Assembly: GCA_030149205.1 (NCBI GenBank) | Contig: JASBSB010000007.1 | Span: 390,001-422,000, forward strand | Length of the DNA stretch: 32,000 bases | Direction of reading: 5' to 3' | DNA from: Candidatus Heimdallarchaeota archaeon | GTDB lineage: Archaea; Asgardarchaeota; Heimdallarchaeia; Heimdallarchaeales; Kariarchaeaceae | Shown here: piece after piece, positions 26,010-32,000 of the stretch | Layout: every line of letters begins with the position of its first letter | Position numbering within the stretch: the stretch's first letter is position 1 | Notes under the pieces: generated by a model | The model's database searches: none | Seen by the model: only the letters and a program-made list of their open reading frames with translations | Told to the model about the DNA's origin: nothing | Made by a program: the position numbers and the translations under genes

Positions 26010-27218
26010 ATGAGAAATGAATTTTATCCTATGACCCACAAAATAAATACTGTACAAAGGGAAGTAACTGGGTTTTTTGGACTTGTTGGAATTTCTCTTG
26101 TTTTTTTTATCGGTGGAGTTTTTTTAGGCCCATTTAATGCCCTAAGAATGTCTGGATTGATCAATTTTCCAGAAATCCATTACATTCACTGGAATACAGC
26201 TTTGTTAGGCGGTGTAACTTTTATATTGTTGCTTCAATTTTTTGTATTCGTTAATTTAACAGTGGGTGTCCCAAAATATTTCCCGTTAGGAATTTTTGCA
26301 ATTTGGCTTTTAGCTATATTAATTAACTATCTGACCATATTTAACCTCGTGTCTCCAGTAGTCCCCAAAATCCTTTTTGTTAGTGTCGCTATTTTGTTAC
26401 TTTATATAGATTACAGGTTGTTAAAACTCCCTTATATTCAACCCTCTGAAGGCTTACACCTTTATTTTGTTGCTGGAACATTCTGGTTAATGATTGGAAT
26501 TATAAACTTTGAATCTCTATTCTATATGAATTCGCTTTTTCTTTTCAGCTATGTTTACGGTTTCTTTACAAACTTTTTATTTGGTGGGTTATTCTTTTTT
26601 GTTCCGATACTCTACTCTCAAAAATCACCAAGTCTGACTTCAATTAAATTACACAATGGGTTCTTAAACTTGGGAATAATTTTTGGATTTATTTTCGAAT
26701 ATTCCAAAAAACAGGGTGGGATCGAATTTGGATGGGCCCTTGATTTGGTAAGCACGGTGTTTTGGTTTTTGGCTTTTGCAATATTTTTCTTTTGGTTTGC
26801 AGATTTAATTTACAAGGCTGGTTTAAGTGTTTCAATTTTTGGTTTAATTGTTGGTATGATAATGTATGGTTTATTTTTATTTGATAGTTTTGTGGGAGCA
26901 ATTTTACCTGCTTGGGTAGGACTGAGACATGTACATTTAATGTTTGTTGGAGTATTCGTTATAACCATTTCTTCCATAGGATTAAAAATTATCCGAATTG
27001 AGTCCGGGAGGGAAAACAATGAAACAATTGATTGGGACTTTCAAACTCTTAAGACCATAAATAAAGTAAAAGCAGTCCTCTTATCCTTTGTTATTTTAGG
27101 TGTTGCAGGAGTCTTATTTTCATTTACCATACAAGATTACCTCTGGCTTGCTTATTCTGGATTTTTTCTTATAATTTTTTTCTCTATCAACATTTTTTAT
27201 GTTATACTAAATTCTTAA
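26010..27218 (+). CDS. Polytopic His-containing membrane protein (about 12 TM), NnrS-like
   Basis: His residues at helix starts (HYIHWN, LHLY, KLHNG, RHVHLMFVG) and YGF..NFLFG...FVP. Divergent from the oxidase operon. Confidence 0.55.
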   Translation: MRNEFYPMTHKINTVQREVTGFFGLVGISLVFFIGGVFLGPFNALRMSGLINFPEIHYIHWNTALLGGVTFILLLQFFVFVNLTVGVPKYFPLGIFAIWLLAILINYLTIFNLVSPVVPKILFVSVAILLLYIDYRLLKLPYIQPSEGLHLYFVAGTFWLMIGIINFESLFYMNSLFLFSYVYGFFTNFLFGGLFFFVPILYSQKSPSLTSIKLHNGFLNLGIIFGFIFEYSKKQGGIEFGWALDLVSTVFWFLAFAIFFFWFADLIYKAGLSVSIFGLIVGMIMYGLFLFDSFVGAILPAWVGLRHVHLMFVGVFVITISSIGLKIIRIESGRENNETIDWDFQTLKTINKVKAVLLSFVILGVAGVLFSFTIQDYLWLAYSGFFLIIFFSINIFYVILNS

Positions 27219-27232
27219 TTAGATCAAGTAGT

Positions 27233-27784
27233 TTACTTAGAAAGGATTTTAGAAACTACATAGCGTAAATCTAACAACAAACCGATCAAAAGTACCAGGT
27301 TGAAAGCAAATGTAAAGATCAACCACGTAAATCCACTGACGTCATTGATGTAAAGTATAAAACCAGCGATCATGGTCAGAATCACGTAGATCATATACAG
27401 GAATATCTTAGGGACATTCCTATCTGCAACTAAAATATGATCGGCCAGCTCGCCTAGGAGGGCAGGATTACTGTCTTGAACAAAATATTTCCCATTTGCT
27501 GTCTTCTCAACCAATGAGAAAGTATAGAGCCTTGAAAGATGGTAAGCAACAAGCGATGGTGTGCTATATCCCAACTCTTTTTGTAGCTCACTGACCCCAT
27601 GTAATTTTCCAGGACTGCTTGCCAAGAAGTGATAGATCTCCAAGGTTTTTCCCTGAATCTTTTCACTGTAATCAATCTCTGGCTCTGGGTACAAATCCTT
27701 GTCTGTGAGTAAATCTTTTACTAAAGGTTTGGCTAAACCATCTGATGAAAAAGCCTCATCATTCTTTTTTTGATTACCAGCCAT
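27233..27784 (-). CDS. Membrane-tethered wHTH regulator, copy B
   Basis: GKTLEIYHFL…GVSELQKEL..STPSLVAYHL…GKYFV; shares NPxLLGELADHIxVADxxVPK with copy A; two TM helices. Confidence 0.85.
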   Translation of the reverse strand: MAGNQKKNDEAFSSDGLAKPLVKDLLTDKDLYPEPEIDYSEKIQGKTLEIYHFLASSPGKLHGVSELQKELGYSTPSLVAYHLSRLYTFSLVEKTANGKYFVQDSNPALLGELADHILVADRNVPKIFLYMIYVILTMIAGFILYINDVSGFTWLIFTFAFNLVLLIGLLLDLRYVVSKILSK

Positions 27785-27785
27785 C

Positions 27786-29522
27786 TTAAACCCTCCTCAC
27801 AGTCTCAATGTAAAGTCCAGTTGATACTTTAGACTTCAGGGTTAAGACACCCATGTACACGATTTCAAGCTTGTCTCCCATCGAATTAAACGTGATAAGT
27901 TTAGCAAAAGAGACCCCTGTAATATCTCTTTTTATTCCTGTATCGTCACAAGAATATGAAGTTCCTCTTTCAGGACCAAGGACGGGAGAAATTGCTGATA
28001 GGTTGTACGTGTTGTTGGTCACAGATCCAGTAACTTTAACTCTGGTTAGAAATTCACCAATTGAACTACCACAATTACCTATTGAGGGTAAATATGTGTT
28101 ATTTACCTTGTAAAGTTTACTATAAACCATTAATTCAATACGATTGGGATCGGTATTTAACACATCAACAAACGTCCTTTCACTCTTCATATAGTTCGGA
28201 GAATACGCCGACCCCTGAACCAAAATCGAAGAGTTAAGTCTTGGGAAGGAGACTGAACTGTTTGCAAACGAGAGGTAATTTCCGTTGGTTGGATGAGTGG
28301 GGTCAAACAAGGAGAGCTGTAATCCAGACTTACTGATTTTGTTCAAAAATATATTGTCATTGTAACTCTGACTTCGGTCCCAATTTGAAACATTTTGATA
28401 AAACCCGTTTAAGTTTGCTGAGTTGAAAAGAACTCCAAAAAAACTTCCAACCTCAAATATTTGCAGTGTTTCAAGAGCTCCACCTGTGACAAATGGATAT
28501 GGTAGCAACTGCCAGTAATAGCTTTTGTTTAAAGTTGGGTCAATCATAACATAATTTGCCCTGTTTAACCCAGAATAATTTCCTTCAAGATTATTTACAA
28601 TTGTCCCTGATCCAGTTAGGTGTATTCTGCCCTTTGAATCGATCAAATTGACTTGGGAGTTAGTCATATTTATCACCCCAAAATTATCAACTGTTTTGGG
28701 AGTCCTTAAAATTTCTCTGAAGTCTATTTGTAGGTGTGTATTGTTTAACAAGCCAAACTTGACAGGAGATCCTTGAGACAATTTGTCAGGATTCATCAAC
28801 TTCTGATAAATCTTTGATGAAATCGTGTAATAGGTTTTTTGTTCTCTAAAGTTTGAAATTGGACCGGTTTGATTTATCTCATTAAATAACAAAAGAAATT
28901 TTTGTTTTCCATAGTAATCTAGGCTGGCAACACTCATATTCCCTGTTGGAAGCCTGTAAACAAGAGATTTGAGATCAATAGAAACGCTTGGTTCGACTTT
29001 TATGGGGAGATAGAATGTTCTCTTAATATACTCCGCAGGAAAACCACGATAAGTGAAGCTGGAGTTATATCCCTGGGAGAAGGTAATGTACTGAGACTCT
29101 TTTATTGTAAGAAGTATAAGCGACTTGTTGATTCCCATTAGAGAAAAAGCATAGAATATTGTGTGATTCACCTCTGATGCGGTATTGTCTATACCCATAA
29201 TAGGTTGTAAATAATCAAATAAAGGCAGTTGTGTAATCTTCTTAGTAAAGGTGTCATGCTCTATAAGAATATATGAGTATTTCTGGGTGTTGTTTACCCC
29301 CGATTTTGAATTGAATTCAAATCCAACCCAATAATTTTTGTCGTTGACCGTTATAGCCTTAGAAACTGGATAGAAGTTCGTGTTGGCCACAGGTTGATAG
29401 CTAGGGTTGAAATTATCTGCGACATAAATCACAGTACTGGTTATTACAATGGAAAGAACTACTAAAGAGAGTGCCTTTCCAGTTGGAAATCTCATCAATG
29501 ATATAACCTTCCAAGATTGCAT
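27786..29522 (-). CDS. Single-pass membrane protein with a large extracellular domain, copy B
   Basis: Start reassigned to MQSWK at 29522 by alignment with copy A. Shared blocks FPTG, YPVS, NYWV, LIDSKGxIHxTG, IDP…YWQL, NGFYxNxSxW, SFANxxxSFP. Confidence 0.8.
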   Translation of the reverse strand: MQSWKVISLMRFPTGKALSLVVLSIVITSTVIYVADNFNPSYQPVANTNFYPVSKAITVNDKNYWVGFEFNSKSGVNNTQKYSYILIEHDTFTKKITQLPLFDYLQPIMGIDNTASEVNHTIFYAFSLMGINKSLILLTIKESQYITFSQGYNSSFTYRGFPAEYIKRTFYLPIKVEPSVSIDLKSLVYRLPTGNMSVASLDYYGKQKFLLLFNEINQTGPISNFREQKTYYTISSKIYQKLMNPDKLSQGSPVKFGLLNNTHLQIDFREILRTPKTVDNFGVINMTNSQVNLIDSKGRIHLTGSGTIVNNLEGNYSGLNRANYVMIDPTLNKSYYWQLLPYPFVTGGALETLQIFEVGSFFGVLFNSANLNGFYQNVSNWDRSQSYNDNIFLNKISKSGLQLSLFDPTHPTNGNYLSFANSSVSFPRLNSSILVQGSAYSPNYMKSERTFVDVLNTDPNRIELMVYSKLYKVNNTYLPSIGNCGSSIGEFLTRVKVTGSVTNNTYNLSAISPVLGPERGTSYSCDDTGIKRDITGVSFAKLITFNSMGDKLEIVYMGVLTLKSKVSTGLYIETVRRV

Positions 29523-29560
29523 AATTAAATTATACTGATAAAATTTAAGAAAAAATGGGT

Positions 29561-29577
29561 TTGAAAGGGGTTGAAAG
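29561..29577 (-). promoter_or_regulatory. Direct repeat CTTTCAA-N3-CTTTCAA upstream of module B
   Basis: ttgaaag at 29561-29567 and 29571-29577 (10-bp period). The first copy begins 39 nt from the ATG at 29522. Confidence 0.5.
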
Positions 29578-29647
29578 ACAAAAATAATCCAAAATAATCT
29601 ATCAATTTTATGATTTTTTTTCATTTATGTTGGGTGGTATCTTATTT

Positions 29648-30484
29648 CTATATCTTATTCCCACACACTGTACAATACAAATCACCTGTGATTTGAGCAC
29701 CACAGGAGGGACAAAATCTTTCAACCCTATCTTGAATTATTATGGGAATCTGAAGTGTGTAATCCTTTTTTAAAGCCCTGTCAACCACGAACTTGAAAAA
29801 ATAATCTATCTGAAAGTTTATTCCCCTAATAGTTTTTATTCTCTTTGGTAAAAGAAATGGTTTTTGGAACTCAAGGTCAACACTTTGAGTGGAAATTCTT
29901 TCTGTGTTCATATAACCTTCTCCCCTCGCTTGTCCTAAAATAAACCTAAACAAATCCAGCCTTAACGCTCTGAACCCTTCGAAGAGGTTCAAAATAAATC
30001 TGTATTTTACAAGGTCTCCTGATGAGTAAACATTTTGTGGCAATTCAAAAGTGACAAACTTAGTCTCAGTTTTAATGGGGGTAATTTTGTTGTTATAGAG
30101 GTTCCTGACATCTGTTGGGTAGTAATACCGTTGATCTGGTTTCCATTTTTGGTCTAATTCCACCTCGATACCATGAAAAACATTCACATTCTCCGAATGA
30201 TAACTTCCAGCGACATCTAAAGGGATAATCACAGAAATTTTTCCTCTGTAAATATTTTGGCCTTCAACTGGTTGAATTGTAATAGAATTGGCATAAAGGT
30301 CTATCTCTTCCATTGCAGTGTATGAGTGTTTTCCAGACCTAATCTTAAATCTCACAGTTTCCCTACCATACAGGTTAATTCGAACCTTTCGTACTTCATT
30401 ATTTCTGTCTTGGATGGCTACCTCTGCGTTCATCGTTTCCCCAGGGAGATAATACTCCTTATCGAAAGTCACTTGTATGTTCAT
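29648..30484 (-). CDS. Arrestin-fold (arrestin N and C lobes) protein with C-terminal Zn ribbon, paralog 1
   Basis: FDKEYYLPGET…VRINLYGRETV (arrestin-N/SpoOM-like), second lobe LPQNVYSSGD…IDY…LQIPIII, and CPSCG…YCTVCG. Confidence 0.78.
   Translation of the reverse strand: MNIQVTFDKEYYLPGETMNAEVAIQDRNNEVRKVRINLYGRETVRFKIRSGKHSYTAMEEIDLYANSITIQPVEGQNIYRGKISVIIPLDVAGSYHSENVNVFHGIEVELDQKWKPDQRYYYPTDVRNLYNNKITPIKTETKFVTFELPQNVYSSGDLVKYRFILNLFEGFRALRLDLFRFILGQARGEGYMNTERISTQSVDLEFQKPFLLPKRIKTIRGINFQIDYFFKFVVDRALKKDYTLQIPIIIQDRVERFCPSCGAQITGDLYCTVCGNKI
29682..29718. repeat. 37-bp exact repeat (Zn-ribbon codons), also at 30882-30918
   Basis: tcacctgtgatttgagcaccacaggagggacaaaatc is identical at both sites, 1200 bp apart. 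Confidence 0.95.
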
Positions 30485-30507
30485 CTAAATTAATTTTATG
30501 TATTCGC

Positions 30508-30528
30508 ATATAAATTTGTAGGAAATAT
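30508..30528 (-). promoter_or_regulatory. Core promoter (TATA TTTATAT plus upstream element) of arrestin paralog 1
   Basis: 20 of 21 nt identical to 31710-31730. TATA lies 24-30 nt upstream of the ATG. Confidence 0.65.
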
Positions 30529-30847
30529 CTTGGTCTATTGCTTGATTATTTGTAGATGTTTTGATGACATCATTATATAATTTTGATATTATAATTTTGA
30601 TATCAAGGGTAAAGCATCTGATAAAAATATTCATTGTTCTTGTCATCACAATGGATAGAATTAATGAAGAAAGAGTCTCCCTCTCTGGAAAATTTTTGAC
30701 TGATTTAAGATATGAAGAGAGCTTAATTAAACCAGTTAAAATCTCGGTAAAAATGAGGTTGAATGAGCTTAAAGGCTAAAAAAAATACCTTAAATTATAA
30801 ATTAGTACGATAAACCTCAATCTTTTAATTGAATATAATATCTACTA

Positions 30848-31687
30848 TTAAAGCTTATTTCCACACTCTATACAATAAAAGTCACCTGTGATTTGAGCAC
30901 CACAGGAGGGACAAAATCCTTCATCCTTCTCTTCAATTACTATAGGAATGTCTAGTCTGTAATCTCTTTTGAAAGCTCGGTCAACAATAAATCTTAGAAA
31001 ATAGGAAACTTGGAAATTTTTCCCCTTAATGCTCTTCGCCCCCTGTGGTAACAAATAAGGCTCGTTAATCTCCTGATTTATTATCTTAGTAGATATCCGT
31101 TTACTTTTTCTGTATGCATGCCCATGTGCGTTCCCTAGAGTTGATTGATGTAATTCCAACCTCAGTCCCCTGAATCCCTCATACAGGTTCATAAAATACC
31201 TGTATTTAATCAAAGCCCCTGATGAGTAAATATTTTGTGGCAAGTCAAACGTGACAAATTTGGTTTCTTTTTTTATGGGTTTGACTTCTTGGTTATAGGT
31301 TCTTTTTACTATGGTTGGGTAAGAAAACCTCTGATCCAGTTTCCATTTCTTGTCCAATTCAATCTCAATCCCATGAAAAACCTTTGCTATATCAGATTGA
31401 TAACTCTCTACAACATCAATTGGGGTGGTTATAGAGATTTTTCCCCTATAGTTGACCAGGTCTTGAACAGGTTGAATAACTACTTTATTCGAGTAGAAGT
31501 ACACCTCCTCGCTTGCGGTACTTTGATATTCTCCAGATTGATATTTAAAGGTCACAGTTTCTCTTCCAAACAGCTTAATTTGAATCTTTCTGACACTAGA
31601 ATTGACATTGCCTTGCATGGATACATCTGCATTAATGGTTTCCCCAGGGAAATAATACTCTTTATCAAAGAGCACCTTAACATCCAT
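30848..31687 (-). CDS. Arrestin-fold protein with C-terminal Zn ribbon, paralog 2
   Basis: Colinear paralog of 29648-30484. Start at MDVK (31687) fits the promoter spacing; the track uses 31693. Confidence 0.78.
   Translation of the reverse strand: MDVKVLFDKEYYFPGETINADVSMQGNVNSSVRKIQIKLFGRETVTFKYQSGEYQSTASEEVYFYSNKVVIQPVQDLVNYRGKISITTPIDVVESYQSDIAKVFHGIEIELDKKWKLDQRFSYPTIVKRTYNQEVKPIKKETKFVTFDLPQNIYSSGALIKYRYFMNLYEGFRGLRLELHQSTLGNAHGHAYRKSKRISTKIINQEINEPYLLPQGAKSIKGKNFQVSYFLRFIVDRAFKRDYRLDIPIVIEEKDEGFCPSCGAQITGDFYCIECGNKL
30882..30918. repeat. 37-bp exact repeat, copy 2
   Basis: Identical to 29682-29718. Confidence 0.95.
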
Positions 31688-31709
31688 GATCATAATTTAT
31701 CATAGAAGT

Positions 31710-31730
31710 ATATAAAATTGTAGGAAATAT
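31710..31730 (-). promoter_or_regulatory. Core promoter of arrestin paralog 2
   Basis: Near-identical to 30508-30528, at the same spacing from the start. Confidence 0.65.
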
Positions 31731-31791
31731 GGCATGTAATTGATTTTTTCCAGTAAAATTTTTCATGATCTAAACCATTTTGAATAGAGAT

Positions 31792-32000
31792 TTAGTAATT
31801 ATAGCCAAAGAGATTCAAGTTGATCAGCAGATAAAGGTTCAAGATATTCACAGCTAAAAATATTAAAAAGTACAGTTTTTCAACTCTACTGGTCTTCAAT
31901 GTTTTTCTCGCAAGGATCAGATATAGAACCAACCCCACTAATAGTATTGTAGTAAAAAGTGGGATGGTGAGGATAACTCCTACCATGAGAGGAATCCCTT
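31792..32000 (-). CDS. Membrane protein, probably 5'-truncated by the window edge
   Basis: Two hydrophobic helices. The frame stays open upstream of the ATG at 31986 (…GIPLMVG…) to the window end. Confidence 0.5.
   Translation of the reverse strand, partial: GIPLMVGVILTIPLFTTILLVGLVLYLILARKTLKTSRVEKLYFLIFLAVNILNLYLLINLNLFGYNY

Noticed and set aside
30561-30779. 72-aa plus-strand ORF between the arrestin paralogs
   Set aside because: AT-rich spacer with no motif or clear promoter; probably spurious, though a shorter peptide from MDRINE cannot be excluded.
31235-31705. 156-aa antisense ORF over arrestin paralog 2
   Set aside because: Shadow frame; not preserved as a long ORF over paralog 1 in the track.

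Overview
AT-rich archaeal DNA, most likely from an Asgard archaeon (Heimdallarchaeia-like). This is an inference from TATA boxes about 22-30 nt upstream of start codons (leaderless genes), arrestin-fold genes, a NosD/fn3 surface protein and an aerobic-type heme-copper operon. I found no rRNA, tRNA, CRISPR array or transposase. Recognisable genes: a PadR regulator with an ABC-2 exporter (both preceded by a shared palindromic operator), a beta-helix/fn3 surface protein, two SAM methyltransferases, two GNATs, SppA, an SRPBCC protein, an RCK-gated K+ channel, an M19 dipeptidase and a three-subunit CuA heme-copper oxidase operon. Paralog pairs are unusually common. Best leads: (1) a module present twice, made of a large single-pass extracellular protein translationally coupled to a membrane-tethered winged-helix regulator, each copy with its own 7-bp direct repeat at the same distance upstream, suggesting a ToxRS-like archaeal transmembrane signalling system; (2) a heme-copper enzyme that looks eNOR-like overall but keeps the active-site Tyr of O2 reductases (GHTAQYIN); (3) tandem arrestin-fold proteins with C-terminal Zn ribbons; (4) tandem possible Rab-like pseudo-GTPases with homogenised 3' ends; (5) an HMA/Cys-rich fusion to an ArsM-like methyltransferase lacking the canonical catalytic Cys. 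All family assignments are by-eye motif recognition; no database searches were run.
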